NCBI GenBank assembly: GCA_965220975.1
Contig: OZ244855.1
Coordinates: 1,139,879-1,203,878 of the forward strand
Source: Candidatus Poriferihabitans sp.
GTDB lineage: Bacteria > Pseudomonadota > Gammaproteobacteria > Arenicellales > Poriferihabitantaceae
Length of the DNA stretch: 64,000 nt
Direction of reading: 5' to 3'
The notes under the pieces were generated by a model. The model did not search any database, was not told where the DNA came from, and worked only from the letters and a program-made list of their open reading frames with translations. Shown piece by piece: positions 52,590-62,212 of this stretch. The stretch's first letter is position 1. Every line of letters begins with the position of its first letter. The translations under genes and the position numbers were made by a program.

Positions 52590-54545
52590 TCACACTTCAT
52601 AAGAACTGGATTTCTGAAAGTGAGGGGAAGGATAGGTATTCGCTGGAGTGAATGAAGTATCGTATCTCGGGTAATTTGCGTTGGGGTCGAATCCGTTATT
52701 GAAAGTGGCATTAGAGTTCTTCAGGATGTTGATTGTTGCATCAAGGGCCATTCGCAAGGCCGGTTCAGTCCAACCTCCCTCAACGCTATAGTTTTCTCCT
52801 GCAAAATAGATTTTCGAACTACTACTATGTTCTTGATTATATGATAATAATGAATAATTCAAGGACCAATTTCTCTGACGATACAGCTTAGCACAACCAT
52901 GAAAATATGACTTTGTTGACCAGTGAATTATTTTTGGACTGACGGTTTGGTCGACGTACTGACTAACTGTCTCACCGACTGTAGATTCGCAAATTTCATC
53001 AAGTTTGTCGAGCGTAATCTCCGACAAATAGTTATTGTCGTTTGCATAAGGCAAAAGCTTGGTCGCATCATCTTCCCAAGTATAACTTGCTAATAATGAA
53101 CCATTTTCACCACTTTCGCCTGACCATTTCACTCCATAAGCATCTTGCACATATTCATCAGTAACGATAATTTGCGGTATTTTGGAAACACCATTTTCCC
53201 AATATGTTTCCTTTAATCTATAAAATACTTTGCAACTGGTGATATTGTGTTGTGAATTACGGGCCGAGAAAACCGATGATGGAATTTCTGATTGATTGAA
53301 CCCTGTTAGCTTGATATTCATCTGCAAAGCCCATAATGTTGGAGTAACAACCACATGATCTACCTCATATGAATTATCATCTCCAGATTCGTACAGATTA
53401 ATCTTGATTTTTCCGGTTGAGGAATCCTTCTGCAACTCGTATACAGGTGAATCAACCAAAATCCGAATATCTGAGTTAGATTGTTTTGATGCATCATACA
53501 GTGATAAATCACTCCCAGGGGGAGGAGCATAAAACAACCATTCGTCAAGTGCTTGAATGCCCTTGTATAGTGGAGGCTCAAGCTTATTTCCATTACTATC
53601 AGTCACATCCGAATTGTAATGTGGCAAGTTCGATTTGTCAGTGATACCGACCACGGTTTGTAAACTTGAATTAAAGCCAAACATCACACATCTGATAAAC
53701 CACATAGAACTCACTTCAAAGAAAGCTCCCCAGCTACCGTCCCCAGATCCAATGAGTGCAAATATTTCCGCTTGGTCATCATTCATGCCAAAACCTCCAA
53801 ACCAGCCGTCATTTTGATATTCAGCAATTGCAGGAGCATATACCAAGTCATTTACATTCATCTGCTCATAGTTATTTGAAACACTTTTCCAGAATTCGCC
53901 CCATTCATCTCCGTCATACAATACGCTCGCCTTTTGTGTAAACAGGGATATAAAGGCAGAAACCTTCTTGTAAACTTCCTTCAACTTATCGTTATCTGGA
54001 GGAGAGGGGCCTGATGGTGTGTACGGCCAATCAATTAACGTTGGTTTTAAGTATTCATTATCAGGTCCATAACCCTTATTGATATAGATCCCGGTGTTGC
54101 CCGGTGCTGCACCTGGGTTGGGGAATTTCTGCAAAGTACAGTTGCTTTCATCCAAAACATAGTACTCGGTTATAGAGTTTTTGCTACCGGGTTTCGAAAA
54201 GAATGGAAAACGCATGGCCCCCATTTCCATGTCCGTAATTTCTTCTGTATGAATTGTATAGTGCCTGCCGCAAATTCTGCTTGTTGCTTCAATAAAAACA
54301 ATTTTATAGCCACAACGATACAATTCCCTAGCCGCGGTGATCCCCGCAATGCCACCACCAACTATGCCGATAGTTGGTGGATTACTAGAATCGGAGACAT
54401 TACCAATTGAGTTTTTGTTTTCTCTTGCGAGTGTCAGCAAATGATAATAGTTGAATCGGAAATCTGGAGGACTAGGATATGCGGGAAGCCACCCATTGGC
54501 AGAATGAACAACCTCGTGAGGCGGGATGTCAAATATTGCTTTCAT
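52590..54545 (-). CDS. Flavin amine-oxidase family protein, tryptophan-2-monooxygenase (IaaM) / L-phenylalanine-oxidase-like
   Basis: IGIVGGGIAG (FAD), GR..EMGAMRFP, LASYTWEDDATKLL, FAGENYSVEGGWTEPAL. Visibly AT-richer than neighbouring genes. Confidence 0.82.
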   Translation of the reverse strand: MKAIFDIPPHEVVHSANGWLPAYPSPPDFRFNYYHLLTLARENKNSIGNVSDSSNPPTIGIVGGGIAGITAARELYRCGYKIVFIEATSRICGRHYTIHTEEITDMEMGAMRFPFFSKPGSKNSITEYYVLDESNCTLQKFPNPGAAPGNTGIYINKGYGPDNEYLKPTLIDWPYTPSGPSPPDNDKLKEVYKKVSAFISLFTQKASVLYDGDEWGEFWKSVSNNYEQMNVNDLVYAPAIAEYQNDGWFGGFGMNDDQAEIFALIGSGDGSWGAFFEVSSMWFIRCVMFGFNSSLQTVVGITDKSNLPHYNSDVTDSNGNKLEPPLYKGIQALDEWLFYAPPPGSDLSLYDASKQSNSDIRILVDSPVYELQKDSSTGKIKINLYESGDDNSYEVDHVVVTPTLWALQMNIKLTGFNQSEIPSSVFSARNSQHNITSCKVFYRLKETYWENGVSKIPQIIVTDEYVQDAYGVKWSGESGENGSLLASYTWEDDATKLLPYANDNNYLSEITLDKLDEICESTVGETVSQYVDQTVSPKIIHWSTKSYFHGCAKLYRQRNWSLNYSLLSYNQEHSSSSKIYFAGENYSVEGGWTEPALRMALDATINILKNSNATFNNGFDPNANYPRYDTSFTPANTYPSPHFQKSSSYEV

Positions 54546-54640
54546 CTTTCATGGTAAAGAATTATTTGAATATGAGCATGTTAATTATAAATTTTTTGAC
54601 AAATTTTTCTTGCGATTAAATTCATATACTAGATACTCAA

Positions 54641-56386
54641 CCCTAATCGACAATTAGAAATCGGGAAAAATAGAAAAATCCTTGTGAAAATAGAGTATTA
54701 GTGGTAAAATAGGCGTTCCATAAACATCACCCGTTGGGTGAAAAAAATCAACCACTCCATTTCACAAGGATCATGAAAATTCTACCCTACAAAACCGCGA
54801 AAAGCAATCGAAAAATCACCGCCCGTGCCGGACTGACCGTTCCAGCAGCCCTGCTTGAGCGTCTCAAACTCGGGGCAATCATTGATCAACAGATGCCTGC
54901 CCCGGGCAGCAATCGAGGCTATCGACACAGTACCCTCTTTCATATCTTCATGCTGATGTTGCATGAAGGCGCCAAGCACCTCGATGACATCGTGCACCTG
55001 CGCAAGGACCGGAGCTTGATGAAACTACTGGGATTCCAGTCGATTCCCTGTTCCAGTACCCTGGGCAACTGGCTGCGTTCGGTCGGCAAGCATCGGGCCT
55101 CAAGGAATGTCTTGCCCGAGGTCAATCGTCAACTGTTGCAGGCGAGTCTCGGCACCCGTGATCATGTGACCCTGGATATCGATGCGACGGTGATTCATGC
55201 GAAAAAGAAAACCGCAGATCGTACGTATAAAGGCAAGCGGGGATTTACCCCGATGGTCGGGCACATTGCAGAGACCGGTCAAGTGCTGCACGCGGAACTG
55301 CGCAAGGGCAATGTGCCGCCGTCGGCCCGCAATGTCGAGTTTTTCAAGCACTGTATCGAGGCCTTGCCAGAAGGCGTTCGGGTTGCCAAGTTTCGAGCCG
55401 ATGCCGCTTCCTGTCAGGCGGCAGTCATCAATCTCTGCCGGGAACAGGGAGCCCGTTTTGCCATTCGGGCCAGGATGAGCCGGAATGTCCGTGCCTTGAT
55501 TGCGGAGATTCCGGAATCGGAGTGGCAGCCGGTAGTCGATGAGGATGGTTCTCTCTCCGAGACCGAGTTTCTCGCCCGAACCTGGCATGCGATGGACAAG
55601 ACTCCGGAAGCCTTTTGCCTGGTGGTGCAGAAAACCCGAGTGCCCGGCAAAGTCAAGCCTCAGGACCCCGATACTCCAGCGCAGCCGGAGCAGATGGAGA
55701 TTGCGATGCAGGAACAGCAGTTGAATCCGGTGGATGGGGAAAGTGCCCTGAAAGACGGATTCATCTACCGTGCCATCGCGACGGATCTGGATCGGGAAGG
55801 GCTCGGCGATGCGGAGATCGTGTGGTGGTACAACCAGCGTGCAGACAGCTCGGAAAATCGTCTCAAGGAACTGCGCAGCGACTTCAGTGGTGCTCACTTG
55901 CCCTGCAGCACATTCCGAGCCAATGCGGTCTATCTGTACTTGAATGTGATTGCCTGTAACCTGCTGGTTCTGCTGCGCATGACACTCGGTCTCGAGTGGC
56001 ATGGCAATCGGGCCGGAACGTTCCGAAGCCGGTTGCATGATATTGCCGGTCTGATTGTGCGTCACTCTCGGGAGTGGGTGCTGAAGGTCAACCCGGTGGA
56101 TCTGAAACTGCTGGATGAAGCACTCTGGATGATCCGCACCTGCCGCCTGTTCTGATTCCCTGATTCCTCTGGACCCATCCAGGACTGGCCGAACAGAGCC
56201 ATGGATTCGCACGCCCGGAATTTGCTCTGAGGCTCAAAACCCGCCGCCGCGCCACGATCTGGCAAATGAATGAGAATCATTCTTGATCGGAATCCGGCCG
56301 CCCGGACCATTCTGGACCATTTTTCCGCTCAACTGCTCGAATACCGGCTCATAACGGGTAAAATCATTTCTATTTAAGGATTAGGG
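54641..56386 (+). mobile_element. Complete IS1380-family insertion sequence with 5-bp TSD CTCAA
   Basis: IRs CCCTAATCGACAATTAGAAAT and (reverse complement) CCCTAATCCTTAAATAGAAAT; CTCAA at 54636-54640 and 56387-56391. Confidence 0.93.
54773..56155 (+). CDS. IS1380-family DDE transposase
   Basis: TLDIDAT, RADAAS, YNQRADSSENRLKELRSDF, LPCSTFRAN; open frame from ATG 54773. Confidence 0.95.
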   Translation: MKILPYKTAKSNRKITARAGLTVPAALLERLKLGAIIDQQMPAPGSNRGYRHSTLFHIFMLMLHEGAKHLDDIVHLRKDRSLMKLLGFQSIPCSSTLGNWLRSVGKHRASRNVLPEVNRQLLQASLGTRDHVTLDIDATVIHAKKKTADRTYKGKRGFTPMVGHIAETGQVLHAELRKGNVPPSARNVEFFKHCIEALPEGVRVAKFRADAASCQAAVINLCREQGARFAIRARMSRNVRALIAEIPESEWQPVVDEDGSLSETEFLARTWHAMDKTPEAFCLVVQKTRVPGKVKPQDPDTPAQPEQMEIAMQEQQLNPVDGESALKDGFIYRAIATDLDREGLGDAEIVWWYNQRADSSENRLKELRSDFSGAHLPCSTFRANAVYLYLNVIACNLLVLLRMTLGLEWHGNRAGTFRSRLHDIAGLIVRHSREWVLKVNPVDLKLLDEALWMIRTCRLF

Positions 56387-56390
56387 CTCA

Positions 56391-56430
56391 AAGTTATACT
56401 GTACAATATAAAGTTATACTGTACAATATA
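56391..56430. promoter_or_regulatory. Tandem 20-bp direct repeat of a near-palindromic operator-like site
   Basis: AAGTTATACTGTACAATATA x2; the core TATACTGTACAATATA is a palindrome except for one mismatched pair. Ends 61 bp before the flotillin ATG. Confidence 0.7.
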
Positions 56431-56491
56431 ATATCATACTCCTTATTATGAAATAGGCCTGAGCCCGCAAACGAAAATATCGAAAGCCAAT

Positions 56492-58057
56492 ATGACCTCG
56501 TTTGTTGTTTTTTTCATCGCAATCATTCTCATGGTAGTGATTATTAGTGTGTTTAATCGGTTCTACCACAAGGGTTCACGTGAGAAAGCCTTAATCAGAA
56601 CAGGTGCAGGCGGACAAAAAATTGTCTTGGATGGAGGTTGTCTCGTGTTGCCGTTTCTGCATCAAGTCGATCTGGTTGACATGAGAACAGCATACATGGA
56701 AGTTGTGCTGGAAAAAAACAACTCCATACTTACGGAAGATCGGATGCGCGTCGACCTCAGCGTCGCATTTCATGTCCGGGTCATTCCTACCACTGAAGGC
56801 ATTGCTACTGCTGCTCAGACAGTCGGGGTCAGATCCCTCAATCCTGAAAGGCTACTCGAATTCCTGAAAGGCAGACTAATCGATGCTCTGCAAAGCGTTG
56901 TCGCCACACACACCATGGACAACTTGCATGAAAATCGATCTCAATTTGTAGCGAGGACAACCGAGCTACTTAAACCAAGCCTTGAGGAAAGTGGACTGAA
57001 ACTCGAATCCGTGTCTTTAGTAAGACTGGATCAGACTGAATTCTCCGCACTGAATGAAAACAACGCATTCAATGCTGTCGGGATGAGGAAGTTGGCTGAA
57101 ATCGTTACCTCGAACCGCCGAAAACGCAAGGAAGTCGAATCAAATGCAGATTTGGCGATCCGCCGAACCGAACTGGAGAATACCAAAAACCGGATACTCA
57201 TCGATCTGGAAAAAGAGAAGGCGGAATCGGAAAAAACCATTGAAATAGAACAGCTCAAGGCGGAAATGGCCCGACGCTCATCCCATGAGCGCGAACAGGC
57301 AGAAATCGCATCAGGCCAGGCCAAGCTGAATCGGGAACTTGAACTCAAACGTTCTGAAATCGAACGCGATCAACAAGTTCGAACAGCCGAAGTGACCGCA
57401 TTAAAGGCTGTCGAAGATGCCCGAATTCAAAGTCAAATAGAACTGTCTGAACGCAGGGTGCAGGAATCCCAGGCCATGGCAAACGCCGAATCAAGCCGGC
57501 AAGCAATTATTGAAGCGGAAGAATCTATCAATCTGGTACAAGATCGACTGACCGCACAAAGAGCTGGTGAAATAGCCAGAATCAATGCAGAACAGGAATC
57601 CGAAACCGCCCTTCACAAGGCCGAGAAAGCTGCGCAAATCGCGCAAATTGAATCACAAAGTAACAAAGCCTCTGCAGACCTTGCCCAGGAACAGCTCAGA
57701 AATGAAATGTCGGTGATGGCTAAAGGTAAGCTTGAAATGATCAATGCAGAAAATGCCATGGATTCTGGGTTAATTGCAATGAAACTCGAAGAAAAGAGAT
57801 TGAGCGTCCTACCAGACATGGCAGATAAAATGTCAAGACCCCTAGAAAAAATCGGCAAGATTCACATCAATCATGTGGCGGGGCTAGGTTCTGCCTCTAG
57901 GGACGGAGAACAGTCCCAAAGCACTGGTTCAATTGTTGACGAAGTTCTTGATCTTGCCTTCCGGATGCCAGCCGTCAAGAAACTCGGGGAAGCGATCGGC
58001 ACTGAAATCGTCACTCCAAGAAATAATGATGAAATAACCAAAAACAAAAAGAAGTAA
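56492..58057 (+). CDS. Flotillin-family (SPFH/band 7) membrane protein, YqiK-like
   Basis: N-terminal TM, ALIRTGAGG, ILTEDRMRVD, LESVSL..LDQT..NNAFNAVGMRKL, EA-rich coiled coil, PLEKIGKIHI. Confidence 0.92.
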   Translation: MTSFVVFFIAIILMVVIISVFNRFYHKGSREKALIRTGAGGQKIVLDGGCLVLPFLHQVDLVDMRTAYMEVVLEKNNSILTEDRMRVDLSVAFHVRVIPTTEGIATAAQTVGVRSLNPERLLEFLKGRLIDALQSVVATHTMDNLHENRSQFVARTTELLKPSLEESGLKLESVSLVRLDQTEFSALNENNAFNAVGMRKLAEIVTSNRRKRKEVESNADLAIRRTELENTKNRILIDLEKEKAESEKTIEIEQLKAEMARRSSHEREQAEIASGQAKLNRELELKRSEIERDQQVRTAEVTALKAVEDARIQSQIELSERRVQESQAMANAESSRQAIIEAEESINLVQDRLTAQRAGEIARINAEQESETALHKAEKAAQIAQIESQSNKASADLAQEQLRNEMSVMAKGKLEMINAENAMDSGLIAMKLEEKRLSVLPDMADKMSRPLEKIGKIHINHVAGLGSASRDGEQSQSTGSIVDEVLDLAFRMPAVKKLGEAIGTEIVTPRNNDEITKNKKK

Positions 58058-58165
58058 GCATTAAACCATGTTCAGCAGTCGATCAGATAATCAGATGCTG
58101 ATTCCTTGAACATCTAATATCAAATCACCTACATACGTGCACAATCGAAAGAGGATTTATCCGAT

Positions 58166-59401
58166 ATGAATATCAAAAGACGACAATTCATTCAGGGAGC
58201 TGGCGTAGCCAGCGCATCGCTATTCGTTCCCCAAATCTCATTTTCTGCTTCTGGGCCAGTCAAAATGGGAGTTTTGCTTGACACTTCAGGCCCATTCAGC
58301 GCCTATGGAACACCCATGGAAATGGCGACACGCTTAGCGGTAAAGCAAATCAATGATGGCGGTGGATTGCAAGGAAGAGAGGTCGAAATTGTATTTCGCG
58401 ACACTCAGTCAGACATGAATAATTACTCGACTTTTGCTAATCAACTGGTACGTGAAGGCCTGGACGTATTCCATGGCGGCATTCTTTCTGCCTCAAGAGA
58501 AGCAATCAGACAAATACTGCGCCAAAGGGGCGTGCCATACTTTTACAACGTCCTGTATGAAGGTGGTGTATGCGATCGCAATACTTTTGTTACTGGAACG
58601 ACACCCGCACAACAGGTAGACGCATTAATTCCATATGCGATGAATAAGTACGGAGCAAAGAAACTATACGTTTTGGCCGCAAACTACAACTATGGGCAGA
58701 TTACTTCCGCCTGGGTCAATGAATATGCAAAAGCGAATGGCGCCACCAATGTCGAGGTCGAATTTTTTGACTTGGCAGACGGCGAATTTGGACCCGCAGT
58801 GATTGCCAAGATTCAAGAGGCCGACAGTGATTTGGTAGTATCGGTTCTTGTTGGTGCTGCCCATTTGAGCTTCTATGGACATTGGGCGGAAACGGGCATG
58901 AACCAGAATCCAGATGTCCATTTGATTTCAACGACATTTGGCGTGGGCAATGAACATAAAGTATTGCCAGCCAACCAGAGTGATGGCATGCTGATCGCGA
59001 ATAACTGGGCTCCCGACAACCCATCTGTGCCGGAAAACCAAGCGTTTCTGGACAGTTGGGACGCAGAGTACGGTGATACCAATGCCATCCATGAGATTGC
59101 AGTTTCACAATATCATGGCATCCTGCTTTGGGCTGAGGCCGCAAGACAGGCAGGCGGAGTGGACAGGGATTCCATTACCAAGGTTCTTGAAAGCGGCTTC
59201 TCAATAAGTGGCCCTTCCGGTCTGGTGAAAATGGATCCACTTACCCACCATTGCAGTCTTGATATTCACATTATGGAATTAAAAGACCAGAAATTGAATG
59301 TTGTCCAGAAACTTGAGCAACGCGAACCACTTGACACGCGTCGCTTCTGCAACTTATCAGAAAATCCTGATTCAAACGTACAGTATGAAATAACCCTGTA
59401 G
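58166..59401 (+). CDS. ABC substrate-binding protein, UrtA/AmiC (amide/urea)-like, Tat signal
   Basis: KRRQFIQGAG Tat motif, GGILSASREAIR, FYNVLYEGGVCD, AANYNYG, DPLTHH. Confidence 0.9.
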   Translation: MNIKRRQFIQGAGVASASLFVPQISFSASGPVKMGVLLDTSGPFSAYGTPMEMATRLAVKQINDGGGLQGREVEIVFRDTQSDMNNYSTFANQLVREGLDVFHGGILSASREAIRQILRQRGVPYFYNVLYEGGVCDRNTFVTGTTPAQQVDALIPYAMNKYGAKKLYVLAANYNYGQITSAWVNEYAKANGATNVEVEFFDLADGEFGPAVIAKIQEADSDLVVSVLVGAAHLSFYGHWAETGMNQNPDVHLISTTFGVGNEHKVLPANQSDGMLIANNWAPDNPSVPENQAFLDSWDAEYGDTNAIHEIAVSQYHGILLWAEAARQAGGVDRDSITKVLESGFSISGPSGLVKMDPLTHHCSLDIHIMELKDQKLNVVQKLEQREPLDTRRFCNLSENPDSNVQYEITL

Positions 59402-59461
59402 AAAAAATTATTTGCAAGTGATCCTGCCGATTAGGATTATTCTTTCATTCCTTGTTTGCAA

Positions 59462-59501
59462 TGAGATTGCGTTTCACATTTGCTGTTGAGACGCAATCTC
59501 A
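59462..59501. terminator. Intra-operon stem-loop after the ABC binding-protein gene
   Basis: TGAGATTGCGTTTCA...TGAGACGCAATCTCA, a 15-bp stem with one G-U pair. Confidence 0.55.
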
Positions 59502-59569
59502 ACAATCTTCTGGTTCACACCCATCCCTAAACAACAACAGGATAGGGACATTTTTGTTCTTCGAATGAG

Positions 59570-60436
59570 ATGGACATTCTTTCCATATTCATGCTGCAAA
59601 TTCTTTATGCCATAGCCTTGCTGGCTATGATCTCTTTTGGACTTGCGCTGATATTCGGGATGATGCGCGTAATTAACCTGGCTCATGGCGAATTCCTGAC
59701 TCTCGGTGCCTATGCGACAATTATTGCTACCAAAATGGAAGTTAACTTATGGGTATCTATGCTCATCGTTTCTCCTTTGGTGGTTGGCTTGTGGAGCTTG
59801 TTCATCGAACGTTGCCTGATCAGATTCCTATATGGTCGACTCGTATATACGATGTTGGCCACATGGGGATTAAGCCTCGCCATGGCTGGCGCAATGACTA
59901 TGATTTTTGGAACCACTACCGAAGGTGTGTCTGCTCAGGCTGGATCTTTTTCAATTGGAGCCTATCAGGCAAGCTTGTATAGTCTTTTTGTAATTGTGAT
60001 AACGATTATCCTTGCCATAACTATTGCTTTCGTTCTGTTTGGAACAAACTATGGCCGTATCGCCCGGGCCGCCATGGAAAATCGGGAAATGGTCGAAGCA
60101 TTCGGGTATCCGATCAATAAGGTGTACATGGGAACATTCGTCGCAGGTGGCATGCTGTCAGGCCTAGCCGGAGGCATATTGGCGCCAACTACGGGAATTT
60201 CGCCCTACAGTGGAAGTACCTGGATAGCTGACGCCTTCATCACGGTCGTCTCAGGCGGAACAGGTTCGGTCATGGGTACGCTGGTAAGTGCCGGTATTTT
60301 GGGATCCGTATCTTCGATCACTTCATTTATTTTCAGTTCTGCGTCTGGTGGAGTCGCCCTGCTGATAGCTGCCCTCGTGCTATTGCGTATTCTTCCTACC
60401 GGTATATCCAGCCTGTGGCAACAGCGTAACCGATGA
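59570..60436 (+). CDS. ABC permease, UrtB/LivH-like
   Basis: GLALIFGMMRVINLAHGEF, MLATWGLSL, AFITVVSGG. Confidence 0.92.
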   Translation: MDILSIFMLQILYAIALLAMISFGLALIFGMMRVINLAHGEFLTLGAYATIIATKMEVNLWVSMLIVSPLVVGLWSLFIERCLIRFLYGRLVYTMLATWGLSLAMAGAMTMIFGTTTEGVSAQAGSFSIGAYQASLYSLFVIVITIILAITIAFVLFGTNYGRIARAAMENREMVEAFGYPINKVYMGTFVAGGMLSGLAGGILAPTTGISPYSGSTWIADAFITVVSGGTGSVMGTLVSAGILGSVSSITSFIFSSASGGVALLIAALVLLRILPTGISSLWQQRNR

Positions 60437-61467
60437 GTCTTCGTCAAAACAATCTCGCAAAGAGCATAGTTGCCCCGCTACTCTTGGCAATTCCAGTAAT
60501 TGTTATTGCGCCATCGATTATGCAGCCCTATGCATTAGCACAGCTTTCCATCTTCGCCATTCTGGCATTAAGCCTTGGCTTGATATGGGGATATGGGGGA
60601 ATTCTGTGCTTTGGACAAGGCGCTTTTTTTGGCATTGGAACCTATTCATATGTAATTCTAGTTACAAATTTATCTCTTCCTTGGACATCGCTGGTTTTAG
60701 CGATTTTCTGCACAATGCTTGTTGCAGGATGTCTGGGGCTGGTTATGTTTTACGGAAGATTAGGAGATGTTTATCTCGCTGTTGTTACCCTTGTCTTCAC
60801 CCTGATTCTGAATCGATTCATGAACGCAACCGCTGGACCCGAGTATCACATTGGGTCAGCCAGATTGGGCGGATTTAACGGTATACCCGGGTTTGACATG
60901 CTGAAACTGCCTTGGAGCGATTTGATGTTCATTCCGGACATTCTATTTTTTTACATCTGCCTTGGATTTCTGATCTTGGCCTGGATATTTTGCCGCTGGC
61001 TATTGAGCACTCATTTTGGCAGAGTAATGGTTGCCATTCGCGAAAACGAGAGGAAAGTCGAATTTGCTGGCTATGACACGCGACTGCATAAAACTGTCAC
61101 GTTTGCCATTGGGGGCGGACTGGCGGGAATGGCCGGCGTTTTATATGCAAACTGGGCTGGAATCGTCACACCAAACCTGTTTAGCCTAACCCAGTCCGCA
61201 GAAATAATTATTTGGACAATTGTAGGTGGACTTGGCACATTAATTGGGCCAATCATCGGTGCCGTCCTGTTGATGCTACTGAAGCTCTTTCTTGGATACC
61301 AGACGGTTGTCGACAACTATTTCTTGATGGGAATTCTGTTAATTCTCGTAGTACTGTGGTTTCCCAATGGAATTGCCGGTACCGCAATGCAATCAAAGCT
61401 CCTCCGAAGAAACACAACAACCAAAAAATGGCAGACACATTCCAATCGAACGATGAATGCCAAATGA
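60433..61467 (+). CDS. ABC permease, UrtC/LivM-like
   Basis: LIWGYGGILCFGQGAFFGIG, FGRVMVAIRENE, VGGLGTLIGP. Confidence 0.92.
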   Translation: MSLRQNNLAKSIVAPLLLAIPVIVIAPSIMQPYALAQLSIFAILALSLGLIWGYGGILCFGQGAFFGIGTYSYVILVTNLSLPWTSLVLAIFCTMLVAGCLGLVMFYGRLGDVYLAVVTLVFTLILNRFMNATAGPEYHIGSARLGGFNGIPGFDMLKLPWSDLMFIPDILFFYICLGFLILAWIFCRWLLSTHFGRVMVAIRENERKVEFAGYDTRLHKTVTFAIGGGLAGMAGVLYANWAGIVTPNLFSLTQSAEIIIWTIVGGLGTLIGPIIGAVLLMLLKLFLGYQTVVDNYFLMGILLILVVLWFPNGIAGTAMQSKLLRRNTTTKKWQTHSNRTMNAK

Positions 61468-62212
61468 TGATATTGGTTTAGTTGCAATGTCAAACCTTGC
61501 TGTGCTCCAAGTTGAGGATTTGGTCGTCAAATTTGGCGGAGTAGCTGCCGTTGACGGTGTCAATCTTACCCTCAATAGGAACGAGCTACGCTGTTTAATT
61601 GGGCCGAACGGAGCAGGAAAAAGCACCCTGTTCAAAGCCATTGCCGGCATGGTGCGACCATTGTCTGGAAGAATTTGGGTCAAGGGTAACGAAACAACTC
61701 GCCTGCCCCCGCATCTGGTAGCTCGCCAGGGAATTAGCGTAAAAACACAGGTTCCAAGTTTGCTGGAAGGGTTAACGGTTTATGAAAATCTATGGATCGT
61801 TGCGCGACGGAAATATCGCCAGCACAGTTGCCGAAAAATGATCGATCCAGTTATGGAAAGCGTTGGAATCTCGAATGACTCCACAACAATCGTAAACACT
61901 ATGGCTCATGGAAGGCGTCAACTAGTTGAATTCGCAACAGCCCTGATTGCCAAGCCTTCGATTATGCTTCTGGATGAACCGGCTGCAGGACTGTCTGATG
62001 ATGAAGTTGAAGATTTTGCCAAATTACTGCACACCCTACCCACCCAAATGTCATTGCTGGTTGTTGAGCACAACATGAAATTTGTGCGCATGATCGCACA
62101 ACAAATCAGCGTACTTCATAAAGGCCGACTTCTTGTTTCAGGAGAGCCAGATCTTGTTTTCAATGATACAAGGGTTCAGGAAGTCTATCTTGGCAAGGAG
62201 GTCACCGCATGA
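61457..62212 (+). CDS. ABC ATPase, UrtD/LivG-like
   Basis: FGGVAAV, GPNGAGKST, LLDEPAAG, VEHNM, VQEVYLG. Alternative start at 61487. Confidence 0.93.
   Translation: MPNDDIGLVAMSNLAVLQVEDLVVKFGGVAAVDGVNLTLNRNELRCLIGPNGAGKSTLFKAIAGMVRPLSGRIWVKGNETTRLPPHLVARQGISVKTQVPSLLEGLTVYENLWIVARRKYRQHSCRKMIDPVMESVGISNDSTTIVNTMAHGRRQLVEFATALIAKPSIMLLDEPAAGLSDDEVEDFAKLLHTLPTQMSLLVVEHNMKFVRMIAQQISVLHKGRLLVSGEPDLVFNDTRVQEVYLGKEVTA

Noticed and set aside
55100-56212. 370-aa ORF antisense to the IS1380 transposase
   Set aside because: It is a shadow frame of a GC-rich gene with no motifs; long antisense frames are expected from codon bias.
52135-56386. Composite transposon of two inverted IS1380 copies carrying the oxidase
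   Set aside because: The intact copy has its own TSD on both sides, so it inserted alone. The left copy is an internal fragment without ends.
56391-56430. LexA (SOS) box or mini-CRISPR
   Set aside because: It does not fit CTGT-N8-ACAG, and there are only two adjacent copies with no spacer.
58166-62212. Canonical urtABCDE urea transporter
   Set aside because: It is related in family, but no urease genes are in the window, and linkage to an amidase points to another amide. Gene symbols were withheld.
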